Below, piece after piece: positions 36,501 through 44,772 of a DNA stretch of 44,941 nt. Both the position numbers and the translations under genes were made by a program. The notes beneath the pieces were generated by a model. It saw nothing but the letters and a program-made list of their open reading frames with translations. It was not told the origin of the DNA and did no database searches. Source of the DNA: a virus (taxonomy: Duplodnaviria; Caudoviricetes). The stretch is taken from the IMG/VR virus record IMGVR_UViG_3300032233_000422, positions 1 to 44,941 of that record; one strand, 5' to 3'. Every line of letters starts with the position of its first letter. Position 1 is the first letter of the stretch.

Positions 36501-39041
36501 CCCTAGTGCCATTGCACCAATTTTTCCAAAACTGTTGTTACCGTTGGTAGCACGGATGATACCGCCATTCTCTGTTAGATATCCTACTTGTGAGTAGTAT
36601 GTGAACACCGAAACAAGTTCTGCACGTCCTCCATTTATCACCCATGCTCCAATACCGTCATCTATTAACTGTGTAAAGTCGTTAGATACAAATGATCTGT
36701 TACCGCCATTGTGTAGTGATCCGTCAATTTTCTGGCCGACTGAGGCAAATCCAAATGTAGCACAGTTTTGAATATAAGGACTGCGTGTCTTGATCCAGGT
36801 ACGATCATCATCTGGACCCCATCCAGGATCTAGTGAACAATATGCACCGCCAGTTGGTCGTTGATAGAATTCATAAACTCCCGGAGGGTTTAGATATCCT
36901 ATTAGGCCTTTTAATGTCATGTTCCTTGCACCGCTGGCATCTCGTAAATAGAACATGTCTTCTAGTGCAGATCCTAATACAGCATTTCTATAATATCTTG
37001 CCGCATATAAAGATTTGTAATTGCCGGTGTATAGTATATCATACTTCCACGCATTGACGTAGGCGCGAACATCTCGTTTGCATTTTTCACTATCAAATGT
37101 ATAGTTTGGATAATTGCCCTGCATGAATGCTACAGCTTCATTAGCTAGGAATTCTTTGTTATTTTCTAAAGCCTGCGCTGCTACTTCATTTGCAGTGTTC
37201 CTTACATTTGTTCCAACCATTGTTGGATCAGTAGGGCCGCTTTCAATGTAGAAAGTAATGTAATTTTTTATATCAGTTATTAGTTGTGTAACCTGTGTAA
37301 CTGCAAGTGGATTTCCAGATAAAGATGTGTCTTGTAGATCACCGCTGCCTATGGTAAATCCGGTTGCCGGTGTTCCTGTAATAACATAATCGATTAAACT
37401 TGAAAGATGATCTAATACAAATTTAGTATATGATGAATCCAATGCTAGACTGGTTATAGGATCGTTGGCTTTAACTGTAGTAGCTCTTGTTTCAACTCCT
37501 TTAATACACACGCCTGCAGGAACAATGATAGGTAAAATTTCTTCATACAAGCCTGCATTAACAGAAATGTCAAAGTTTCCAGGAAGTCCTTCAACTTGTT
37601 CACAGGCATAACGAATAGTTCTGTAAGGAGTAAAAGGACTAGAACCGTAGTCTTCTCGGTCAACCCCGTTTGATGCAGACACATAACGACCTTGTACTAA
37701 AGAACCAAATCTTTCATACACAAAATTTGCTAGATCTTCATTTCTAACTTTTAAAATTTCATCTTCTTGGCCTATGCTAATAGGAGTAGCATTGATTGTG
37801 CTGCCATCGCCGGATCCAATTCTTGACAAGTTCCATGTTAGTAGATCGCCAGGATTTATCATTCCGGTATAGTCACCAGCTGGAAGAAACGTTTCCCATA
37901 ATCCAAATACTGAACCGTTGTCTCCTGGGAATGCTTCTTCGGTAGCTATGTGAGGATATAAACACTTGTAAGTCGACCCTTGATGAATCACTAGGTCGTT
38001 GAGTGCATAAGAAGTACCGGGCTCCCATCGGCCTGTCCAGTTCCATCCGGGAACAATTAGCTGCCAATCATCTGTACTTAGGTAGTCAAAGCTGCTGCCG
38101 TCATTAAGATTTTCATTGATAGCAACATACAAGTTGCCTCCGCGTCTTACAAGATCTCCAGGACGGTAGGTATTAGAACTTAGCCACTCTCCTCTAGGAT
38201 TGTATCCTTCTGCTAGTCTTGTCCAAGCAATTGTACTGTCTTCTGAATCTCTAGGATTTAAATCATTATTGTTGATTTGGCTGTAATATAAGTATCCGCC
38301 ATAGCGTACAACATCGCCAATTTGATACAGCGTTAAAGATGTCCATTCGTTACCAAACTGGTAGCCGTATAATTCAACACGCCAATTATCTGCTGTGAAA
38401 GCTAATTCGCCAGTGTGTGCAGTTACACAACGCCAAATACTTCCTCCCCATTTTGCTAAATCGTTAACACGGTAAGCAGTTAGCGGAGTCCACGTATTAA
38501 ATGTGTCAACATTGCTGTAATAAACTTGCCAATTTGCTATCTGGGGTTCTAGTCTTGTTGAGGTTGATGTATGTTCTGTAATACATTTATATACAATTCC
38601 GCCGTAGCGTACAATGTCTCCGACAGCGTAAAGTATGTTAGTTGTGTATGAGCCTTTCCAGCTGACTGAAACAATGTAGATATCCCATTTAACAGTGTCT
38701 GCAACAAAAGTCACTGAGGAAGTATGACCTGCTAAACATAGATAGGTATTCCCTCCATATTGTACTACATCTCCAAGATTGTATTGTCTATTGGTTACCC
38801 AATCACTTCTCCATGATTGCCCTTTGGTCATTAATGTCCAGGCTGGAGAAGCTACGGCTGGTGTTGAGTTTGGAATGACATAATCTATGTCTGTGTAAAA
38901 GTTTGCCGCTGCTGTATGGCCTCTTAGACAAACATAAGAGGATCCTCCGTATTTTACAACGTCATCTTTGGTATAAGGTGTACTTGTTACCCAATTACCC
39001 TTCCAGGTATATCTAAATCTGCTTATCTTAAACTCAGCCAT
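33573..39041 (-). CDS. Giant multidomain virion structural protein (1822 aa), paralogue of 25365..33530
   Basis: Same architecture and shared blocks (MAEFK, SLDPGWGP.D.RTWI..RSPYIQN, GQKIDGSLHNGGN, AELVSVFTYY, GHDFL.IGTG). Confidence 0.8.
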   Translation of the reverse strand: MAEFKISRFRYTWKGNWVTSTPYTKDDVVKYGGSSYVCLRGHTAAANFYTDIDYVIPNSTPAVASPAWTLMTKGQSWRSDWVTNRQYNLGDVVQYGGNTYLCLAGHTSSVTFVADTVKWDIYIVSVSWKGSYTTNILYAVGDIVRYGGIVYKCITEHTSTSTRLEPQIANWQVYYSNVDTFNTWTPLTAYRVNDLAKWGGSIWRCVTAHTGELAFTADNWRVELYGYQFGNEWTSLTLYQIGDVVRYGGYLYYSQINNNDLNPRDSEDSTIAWTRLAEGYNPRGEWLSSNTYRPGDLVRRGGNLYVAINENLNDGSSFDYLSTDDWQLIVPGWNWTGRWEPGTSYALNDLVIHQGSTYKCLYPHIATEEAFPGDNGSVFGLWETFLPAGDYTGMINPGDLLTWNLSRIGSGDGSTINATPISIGQEDEILKVRNEDLANFVYERFGSLVQGRYVSASNGVDREDYGSSPFTPYRTIRYACEQVEGLPGNFDISVNAGLYEEILPIIVPAGVCIKGVETRATTVKANDPITSLALDSSYTKFVLDHLSSLIDYVITGTPATGFTIGSGDLQDTSLSGNPLAVTQVTQLITDIKNYITFYIESGPTDPTMVGTNVRNTANEVAAQALENNKEFLANEAVAFMQGNYPNYTFDSEKCKRDVRAYVNAWKYDILYTGNYKSLYAARYYRNAVLGSALEDMFYLRDASGARNMTLKGLIGYLNPPGVYEFYQRPTGGAYCSLDPGWGPDDDRTWIKTRSPYIQNCATFGFASVGQKIDGSLHNGGNRSFVSNDFTQLIDDGIGAWVINGGRAELVSVFTYYSQVGYLTENGGIIRATNGNNSFGKIGAMALGIDETETPIEVTVNTRNNQPIVTSTFTGLLGSDSDKIILVEYRNAGQNFTSATWTVAGAGVNASVIQEEYRDQAVFEALEYNPYDSTGVGGTNFTFVTQNAVTGTTSSIKLSFTDTAAEADYLGLRILIVSGTGSGQYGYITAYNATTKIAQVSKESDSTPGWDHVLSGFPIAPSLLPDTRYEIAPRVTFTAPAYNAYDATLPQTISWSKVVWGETSATYTNIVGSVGAGTVDGSDGLVPVTATWNVVKNGRTYTVLLNTNGAGYADEQVITIKGSLVGGLDTFNDIIIRVTSVSNDSTNTITGFVYSGEAASGNFVAFGNSTGLCAWSPDGIDWTLAALGAIGNWTVAASGGNKFIALIPGTTTAAWSNNGVDWNITTLPSASTWTNATYGNGTFVVIASNLNRAAYSTNGGATWIATTMPTFGDSTYNTWTSVTYGQGVFYAIAQSGNIGAYSSDGITWQGIIVDATNDSSQLDWVGITYGAGRFVALSQTGQIGYSFDGQTWYQGTSNMPTQDGSTIMNWNQIKYGQGVFVAVCDTASRTVGADATTGPTTMIATSEDGVTWTIKETASAHSWVDVTFGNPKYSLGDSSTTTSVGTWIAVGKDSTNVAARIYTGARTKGRAVPTSGIIPNIRLWDVGSGYNLLPPTITVTDPNNRREVYTSNRLGDGVLGQPTWLNRGQGYKTRTTTATVIGNGFADVIPNGKYITLSGFTEIVGPGAQLIFAIDTVRYRLVAITSLGDLGDGTLSAFCQVSPTIDVSDLFYHGLAVSIRTMYSQNRITGHDFLNIGTGNFLTTNYPALYSAATFSFASENEVIEGNGGRVFYTSTDQDGNFRTGDLFSVQQATGIVTISADFFDLAGLTELKLGGVRLGGSSVVIRDFSTDPTFAEDSNNIVPTQKAIASYLSSKLSVAGADLVANSFIAGEVSVGEGAVNISNFLFKKINITAKVDFSGKNAGVTGYMWAQAMFYRSFRDD

Positions 39042-39053
39042 GTTTCATCCTGT

Positions 39054-39422
39054 TTATGTTGAAATACCTGATGGGTACGAATAACCACGATTAATTCGTT
39101 GAATTAAATTTCCATCACTATCTACATAGTAAAAAATTGAACGATCGTCCCAGCGATATTGTGTGTATTTCATATTATCATATACTTTGTTATGCTCTTC
39201 ATCTACACCTTCAAAATAATCAATGCCGGGTTCAAAATCTTCAAAATTTCCGGTTGGATCTCCAACTTCGTTAATAGTGTAGGTATCGTTATCTGTTACT
39301 TGATCGCTACGAACAATATAAAGTTCACCATCTTCGTTTCTTCTTAGGGCATACCAATATCTAGGACTATTACCTAATGTCTCTACCGGATCTCTACCTA
39401 AATAATAATTATTGTTTGACAT
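39054..39422 (-). CDS. Hypothetical acidic protein
   Basis: 122 aa D/E/Y-rich ORF with AAGGA RBS inside the structural operon. Confidence 0.75.
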   Translation of the reverse strand: MSNNNYYLGRDPVETLGNSPRYWYALRRNEDGELYIVRSDQVTDNDTYTINEVGDPTGNFEDFEPGIDYFEGVDEEHNKVYDNMKYTQYRWDDRSIFYYVDSDGNLIQRINRGYSYPSGIST

Positions 39423-39432
39423 TAATTTATCC

Positions 39433-39765
39433 TTATGATATCTCTACGTAACTTATTGTTGCATCTACACTGTTAGGTGTATCGCTGACAATTCTAATAC
39501 CTGTTGATTCTGGTAAAATTAATTTTTCACCGTTGGTAATAACTTTAACACTGGTGTTTGGAGGGATAGGTAGACCTTTAACATAATGAGAAACTGCTGA
39601 GTCTCCGTTTAGTATATAAACATCCACAGTCACAGTATCATATTCTGTAACATTTGCTAGATTGCATCCAATAACAGTAGCTCTAACTCCTGCTGGTATT
39701 TTTAAAACATCATCAGGAGTTGTTCCTATTTCTGTTTGAGTTGCGTTTTTAAAATTCGTTGCCAT
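39433..39765 (-). CDS. Small beta-rich virion protein
   Basis: P...ATVIGCNLAN...VK.LPIPPN...GEKLIL; resembles 24998 and 42658 products. Confidence 0.72.
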   Translation of the reverse strand: MATNFKNATQTEIGTTPDDVLKIPAGVRATVIGCNLANVTEYDTVTVDVYILNGDSAVSHYVKGLPIPPNTSVKVITNGEKLILPESTGIRIVSDTPNSVDATISYVEIS

Positions 39766-39768
39766 TTT

Positions 39769-40821
39769 TTATCCCAATGATATGGCCAATGCAATTGCAA
39801 TGTCGTTGGCCTGTGCACCTGTTACTGCACCTGTTGCACCTGCAGGACTTGCCCAACCAAATCCGTCCCAGATCTCAAGAGCTCTTAAATCTGTATTATA
39901 TCGAGTCATTCCCAAAACAGCGTATGCATTAGGTCTTTCTGCATTATTACCTCTTGGCAATACTACTCCGTTAGTGCCCGGGATTTTAAAATATCCGTCA
40001 CCTGTAGATGAGATTTGACTAATTGCATTATTAGAAAAGTTAGTAATTGTGTTGTTTTGGAATTTAAAATTACCTAACTTTACACCACCAGTGCCGTTAC
40101 CGTACATTACTAAATCTGTACCTGGAGTTGTGGTTATTTCATTATTTTGAAATACTAAATTTCCAAGATTTAAATTTATTAAAGAAAGATTATCAGTGTA
40201 AAAATTTTGTGCATAAACATTACGCCATGCAAAACTTGTAGATCCTAGATCATAAGTATTGTCAGTTTCCGGAATTAGGTCACTCTTTATTGCGGCATTA
40301 ATTGTAATTGTGTCTGTTAGTGCATCACCAATGGTGATGTTCCCACCAATGGTAACATTGCCGGTCACTCCTACATTGCCAGTAACAGTTAGGTTACCGT
40401 TTACTGTGGAGTTTGAGAAAATTTCAACGATTCCAATGCCGTTAGGGCGTAGCTCTATGTTAGAGTTTGAAACTGTTGTTGATATTGTGTTGCCTTGAAT
40501 TTCAAAATCATTAACCTGTAAGCGGGCTTGATAAACTGTGGCTGTGCCGCCAGTAGGTATGAAATTGATAACGTTGTTTGAGCTAGAAATTGTATTGCCA
40601 GTTATGGTAAACTGTGCAATATCTGCTTGTGTGTCTACTATAAGATTAGTAGTTCTTGTGGTACCGTTGACATCTAGGTCGTATTGGGGAGTGGCGGTCT
40701 TAACACCTATGCGAGAGTTGTTAACATCAAGATAGAGTAGGTCGGTCTCAAACGCTAAATTTACACCTTCTCGGTTTAAATTTGCCTTTAAGAGCGGCCC
40801 CGAAATACGACCAATAGCCAT
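39769..40821 (-). CDS. Fibre-like structural protein
   Basis: GRISGPLL..NL, LDVNGTTRTTNL, GN.TV.GN repeats, LIP.....YDLG, C-terminal LP.G...ERP...G.TRYNT; AGGAG RBS. Confidence 0.78.
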   Translation of the reverse strand: MAIGRISGPLLKANLNREGVNLAFETDLLYLDVNNSRIGVKTATPQYDLDVNGTTRTTNLIVDTQADIAQFTITGNTISSSNNVINFIPTGGTATVYQARLQVNDFEIQGNTISTTVSNSNIELRPNGIGIVEIFSNSTVNGNLTVTGNVGVTGNVTIGGNITIGDALTDTITINAAIKSDLIPETDNTYDLGSTSFAWRNVYAQNFYTDNLSLINLNLGNLVFQNNEITTTPGTDLVMYGNGTGGVKLGNFKFQNNTITNFSNNAISQISSTGDGYFKIPGTNGVVLPRGNNAERPNAYAVLGMTRYNTDLRALEIWDGFGWASPAGATGAVTGAQANDIAIALAISLG

Positions 40822-40926
40822 GAGCTCTCCTTTGTACCCCGTGTTTCACGGTTAACCAAATTCTCAGCTTTCGCTCTTTGCTGGTTTACCACAGTAATAG
40901 ATAGTAGTTGGTCACCACTATGCTAT
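40822..40926 (-). ncRNA. Candidate structured 5' leader RNA
   Basis: Three stems (40926-40897; 40886-40854 enclosing AGC-GAAA-GCT; CCGTG-AAA-CACGG 40851-40839) between TAAATA (40932-40927) and the RBS. Confidence 0.45.
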
Positions 40927-40946
40927 TATTTAGCCCAAAGGAGATT

Positions 40947-42032
40947 TTAGCCTAGCACAAGAATCCATAGATTGCCTATGTCTTCCATTTCTGATATTGA
41001 TACAGTAGTTCCGCCACCGATAGCCGTAGCCCAAACAGATCCATCAAAGCATTCTAGATATCCAGCTGTGGTATTCCAACGAGTATCTCCAACTTCAGCG
41101 GTTGCTGGACGATCAGTAGTATTGTTTCCTGCGGGTATAACGATACCGTTATTGTCTGTGAATTTAACATAGCCAATTCCTGTAGAAGCAATATTAAATG
41201 CAGTAGCATCTAAATTGGTTATATTGTTACCTTGGAATTTAATTCTTTCAACCGTGGTAATTCCTGTAGAAGGAATTATAGATACAGGATCGTTGCTTTG
41301 TAAAGTTGTAATAGTTGCTGTGGGGCCATCTACTTGTAATTGATCACTGATCGTAAAACTATTATAAGTTAAAGAGTTTATTATGTTAGCATTACTGTGT
41401 ACATGCACTTGTCTCCAACGCTTGGCTGGTTTTCCTAAATCGTAAGTTAAATGGGTTCCAGGTATTAGACTCTGTGTAAAATCAGTTTGGACAGTGACAG
41501 TATCAAATGGCGTATCACCAACTATAATATTATTTGCTTCTGTTAGATTGCCATCAATCTGCATGTTACCTGTAACTGATAAATCTCCGTTTACTTTGGT
41601 ATTACTTTGAACATCAGTAATTCCGGAGCCGCTTGGATCAAATACTATACTACCATTTGCTGTATAATTTTTAATTATGTTATCTTTGAAGTCTAGGTCT
41701 CCGGCTCTTAGATTATCAAACAATACTATTGGGTTGATTTGATTAGGCGCAATGTTGATTGGTGCAACAATGTCTGTGGAAAATACGTTAGTGGCTACAT
41801 TAATTGAAGCCATATCTGCGGATGTAGGAGCAAGTAAGTTAGTAGTACGGGTTGTCCCGTTTACTTCTAACTTGTGTGTTATTGGAGTTTTATTAACTCC
41901 AATTTTTCCGCTGGTAACTTCTAGATAAAGTAGATCGTCATCTACGCTGTAATTTCTAAATGTAAGATCAACACCAAGTCTATTAAGATTAGACTCTAAT
42001 AAAGGACCACTGATGCGCCCTAGCTGTGACAT
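40947..42032 (-). CDS. Fibre-like structural protein, paralogue of 39769..40821
   Basis: GRISGPLL..NL.R.GV.L.F, LEVNGTTRTTNL, LIPG...YDLG, IP.GN...DRP...G.TRWNT. Confidence 0.78.
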   Translation of the reverse strand: MSQLGRISGPLLESNLNRLGVDLTFRNYSVDDDLLYLEVTSGKIGVNKTPITHKLEVNGTTRTTNLLAPTSADMASINVATNVFSTDIVAPINIAPNQINPIVLFDNLRAGDLDFKDNIIKNYTANGSIVFDPSGSGITDVQSNTKVNGDLSVTGNMQIDGNLTEANNIIVGDTPFDTVTVQTDFTQSLIPGTHLTYDLGKPAKRWRQVHVHSNANIINSLTYNSFTISDQLQVDGPTATITTLQSNDPVSIIPSTGITTVERIKFQGNNITNLDATAFNIASTGIGYVKFTDNNGIVIPAGNNTTDRPATAEVGDTRWNTTAGYLECFDGSVWATAIGGGTTVSISEMEDIGNLWILVLG

Positions 42033-42034
42033 AA

Positions 42035-42661
42035 TTAGTTTCCGTAACCGTAGAACACAGTTACATAAATTGGCTGACCGCTGCCACCTAGTGCAGGAAC
42101 CGCACTTGGAAACTGCACATAGTATTCTCCGTTGGTATAAGTGCCCGGTCCGGATGAACTAAATGGTGTGTTGTTTACACTGACGAAAACGCCAGCTTGT
42201 CTTTTTACCACAGTATAGTTTACTGTTCCGCCAATCTGAATAACGTTATCTACTAACACCATTAGGTTATAATCACTGCCTGTATAGGAAGTAACGTAGT
42301 CAGCATTGGTATTTAATGGTCCAAATGTAGTTTCAGTGCCATTGGCTGCAAATCTGCCAACTTGAATCGCTGTTGATCCCGAGGCTTTAACAACTTCCCA
42401 GGTACTATTAATATAAGCTTCAACAGCATTAGTTGTTGTATTATATCTAATATAACCGTTAGGCCCGTTAGGAGTTCTAACATTTGACAACTTAGGACGC
42501 TGGCTTGTTGTGCCTTTGGGCAACCGTAAGGCTCCAGTGATATCCATAACTGCGCGGCCACCTTCTTGAGTGTGCGTTGCTAAATCTCTATTGTCGTAGA
42601 TCATTAGTGAATCGTCGGATGCACTATATTGCGATAGAGTTTTTTGTTTTAGGAATCTCAT
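42035..42661 (-). CDS. Structural protein
   Basis: LRLPKGTT.QRP...GYIRYNT module and V.VDNV.Q...NY...F.SA.P domain. Confidence 0.72.
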   Translation of the reverse strand: MRFLKQKTLSQYSASDDSLMIYDNRDLATHTQEGGRAVMDITGALRLPKGTTSQRPKLSNVRTPNGPNGYIRYNTTTNAVEAYINSTWEVVKASGSTAIQVGRFAANGTETTFGPLNTNADYVTSYTGSDYNLMVLVDNVIQIGGTVNYTVVKRQAGVFVSVNNTPFSSSGPGTYTNGEYYVQFPSAVPALGGSGQPIYVTVFYGYGN

Positions 42662-43041
42662 ACTGGTAATGTGCTTACTGTAACTGTTAATAAATTACCA
42701 ACTGCGCTGGCTCCGCCAGACATTTGATATCCAACAGCAATATAATCTGTGTCAGATAACACCCATTTTTCATCGTTAAAAAATACTGTTTCACCTGCAG
42801 GAATAGTTAATTGTTTAACTACTAATGCACCTGTGCCTGTTGTAACTGTGTTGTCGCCGGCGCCGCCAGGCGATACAACATAGACGTTAATATCAACCGA
42901 CTGGCTGGTTTCGTCTGTTAGACTGATTGTTCCAGTATTACAAATTGCTATGCAGGTTACAGCATTAGTTCCACTGCTTGTATAAACAATAGTAGGAACT
43001 GTGATTGTAGTACCTGCAACTTTTTTTCCTATAACGGCCAT
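42658..43041 (-). CDS. Small beta-rich virion protein
   Basis: VYTS...AV..I.ICN...VK.L.IPAGET....EKWVL. Confidence 0.72.
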   Translation of the reverse strand: MAVIGKKVAGTTITVPTIVYTSSGTNAVTCIAICNTGTISLTDETSQSVDINVYVVSPGGAGDNTVTTGTGALVVKQLTIPAGETVFFNDEKWVLSDTDYIAVGYQMSGGASAVGNLLTVTVSTLPV

Positions 43042-43051
43042 TTTTTAATCC

Positions 43052-44047
43052 TTAAAATAACATACTAAACAGTAGTGCTCTATTCTTACTTACTAGTTCA
43101 TCTCTATTATTTTCTGTGTTTATGAAAAATATTCCAGACTTTCCTGTGCTTTGAGGTTTACTGTAAATTACATGGCTTCCAGAAACTATTGCCGGAGACA
43201 CTACATTGTTGTCTAACTGAAATCCATAGTTGGTCTGAAGTTTGCCAGTACCGTTTGTTTGAATATAGATATTGTCATTGGTTGTCTGACCATTTGATAT
43301 TGTTCCGTAGGAAATATCAAAGCCAAAGATAGATGCTCTATTAGAATAAAATTGTCCGGCTAATGCACCGTCAACAATAATACTCATTAAACTTTCACTA
43401 GTAGGAAGTCCAACACCTAGATTATTATAATAGGCTATTGAACCACCATTGCTAATAAGATTAGGAGTAACTGCCGAGTCTGCAATAACAACTCTAGTAT
43501 CTAATCTTCTAATTTGAAATGTAGGATTGTTTTGAATAGCATCATCTACATACTTTTTATTTGGCAGGTCGTCGTCATCTGTAACCTGCACTTCGTAATC
43601 TGTTGTTCCGGTCACAGTAACTACTCCAGTTCCTGTACCTATTAAAACTAAATCTGAATAAGCTGCGTCTGTTAAAATTCTTCTTAATTTTAAATTACTG
43701 TCAGCAAATCCGTAACTAGGATCAGTTCCACTACCAATCATCCAAGTTCCTACTGAACCACCGATGCCTGTAGGATTTGTTTCGTCAAAGACCAAAGCAG
43801 CTCTACTAGAGCTACCTCGATCAATTTCAATACCGGCATAGGTAGCAGTAATTCCAGAACTAGATTCACCTTTGTTTAAAGTGATAATTCTATCTTTGAT
43901 ATCAAGATTAATTGAATTTACATTTGACGAGCTGCCGATAACTGTTAAATTACCGACAACTTTTACGTCGCCAGCCTGCAAGGTAATAGTGCCAGTGTCT
44001 TTGGCCTTGATGTTATAATCACCGTTAACTTGAAAATACTGTCCCAT
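43052..44047 (-). CDS. Structural protein (fibre/baseplate-associated)
   Basis: V.GNLTV.G...I.D.IITLNKGE...AGIEIDRG, NKKYVD. Confidence 0.72.
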   Translation of the reverse strand: MGQYFQVNGDYNIKAKDTGTITLQAGDVKVVGNLTVIGSSSNVNSINLDIKDRIITLNKGESSSGITATYAGIEIDRGSSSRAALVFDETNPTGIGGSVGTWMIGSGTDPSYGFADSNLKLRRILTDAAYSDLVLIGTGTGVVTVTGTTDYEVQVTDDDDLPNKKYVDDAIQNNPTFQIRRLDTRVVIADSAVTPNLISNGGSIAYYNNLGVGLPTSESLMSIIVDGALAGQFYSNRASIFGFDISYGTISNGQTTNDNIYIQTNGTGKLQTNYGFQLDNNVVSPAIVSGSHVIYSKPQSTGKSGIFFINTENNRDELVSKNRALLFSMLF

Positions 44048-44061
44048 TACCTTGTCCTATA

Positions 44062-44433
44062 TTACATTGCTGTTAAAATTATCAATGTTTCTGTGGAGTC
44101 GTCTTGAAGTGTCCATGTATAACGTACAGAGTTATAATCTGTAGCAACTTTATTTGTTAGTTTTTGTAATGTTATGGGTTCACTTCCGTTAAGCAATCCT
44201 ACTAATGTAGCTTCTTGATTGTTAACTGGATCTGAACTAGTACCAGCAACTAATTTGCAAAACTCAATAGCTGTTGTGCCGTCATCGGTACTGCATTTGA
44301 ATCTACGAGCACCGTGTTGTTTTAAAATATAACCTTCATACACTACTCCGCCAGATTTGAATCTGATTGGTATATGTGGTGTTGCTGCTGTACCGGTGGT
44401 TCCGAAATATCTCTTGTTAATTGGACGTCCCAT
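44062..44433 (-). CDS. Hypothetical protein (possible head-associated)
   Basis: Start moved to ATG 44433 (MGRPINKRYFG) with AAGGAGA RBS; function inferred only from proximity to capsid gene. Confidence 0.72.
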   Translation of the reverse strand: MGRPINKRYFGTTGTAATPHIPIRFKSGGVVYEGYILKQHGARRFKCSTDDGTTAIEFCKLVAGTSSDPVNNQEATLVGLLNGSEPITLQKLTNKVATDYNSVRYTWTLQDDSTETLIILTAM

Positions 44434-44499
44434 TTGTTTCTCCTTGTGTTGACGTTCTAGGTCTACGCGGTGGGTCCGCATAAATCATTCTAGACTCTT
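44434..44499 (-). ncRNA. Candidate structured 5' leader RNA
   Basis: TCTAG/CTAGA outer stem enclosing TATGCGG-ACCCA-CCGCGTA, between TAAATA (44505-44500) and the RBS. Confidence 0.4.
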
Positions 44500-44502
44500 T
44501 AT

Positions 44503-44772
44503 TTATCCGCGGCTCAACATAGCCATCAGTTCCATTTTTTCCACAGTATCTATTATAGTATTGATAGCGTCAATTTCTTGTTGTGCTTTTTCTAAATAAC
44601 TTCTACTATGAGTCTGCCGATGTAACACCATTATTTTACTATGTGTTTGTATATGCTCGTCAATGATCTTTTCAATTCGTTGTACATCATGTATAAACAT
44701 AGGAAAACGTTTACGCCATAGACTAAATTGACTGCGTAATTCTGCAAAATCTTTATCAGTTTCTACTTTCAT
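44503..44772 (-). CDS. Hypothetical small helical protein
   Basis: Start moved to ATG 44772 (MKVETDK), 5 nt after TAAATA at 44783-44778. Confidence 0.68.
   Translation of the reverse strand: MKVETDKDFAELRSQFSLWRKRFPMFIHDVQRIEKIIDEHIQTHSKIMVLHRQTHSRSYLEKAQQEIDAINTIIDTVEKMELMAMLSRG

Noticed and set aside
20276-39041. Diversity-generating retroelement acting on fibre paralogues
   Set aside because: No reverse transcriptase and no near-identical repeat pair with adenine-specific mismatches was seen; the similarity is ordinary paralogy
930-39041. Inteins or introns explaining oversized sheath and giant proteins
   Set aside because: No C/S...HN-C/S/T splice motifs, LAGLIDADG motifs or frame interruptions were recognised
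40822-40926. Calling the leader a c-di-GMP-I riboswitch or a tRNA
   Set aside because: It has a GAAA tetraloop, but I cannot match the full riboswitch consensus or a cloverleaf/T-loop; kept only as an unnamed structured candidate
970-42561. Many short antisense or alternative-frame ORFs in the track (e.g. 970..1272, 24692..25066, 35245..35586)
   Set aside because: They lie wholly inside long motif-bearing genes, lack RBS or promoter context, and are the shadows expected from codon bias
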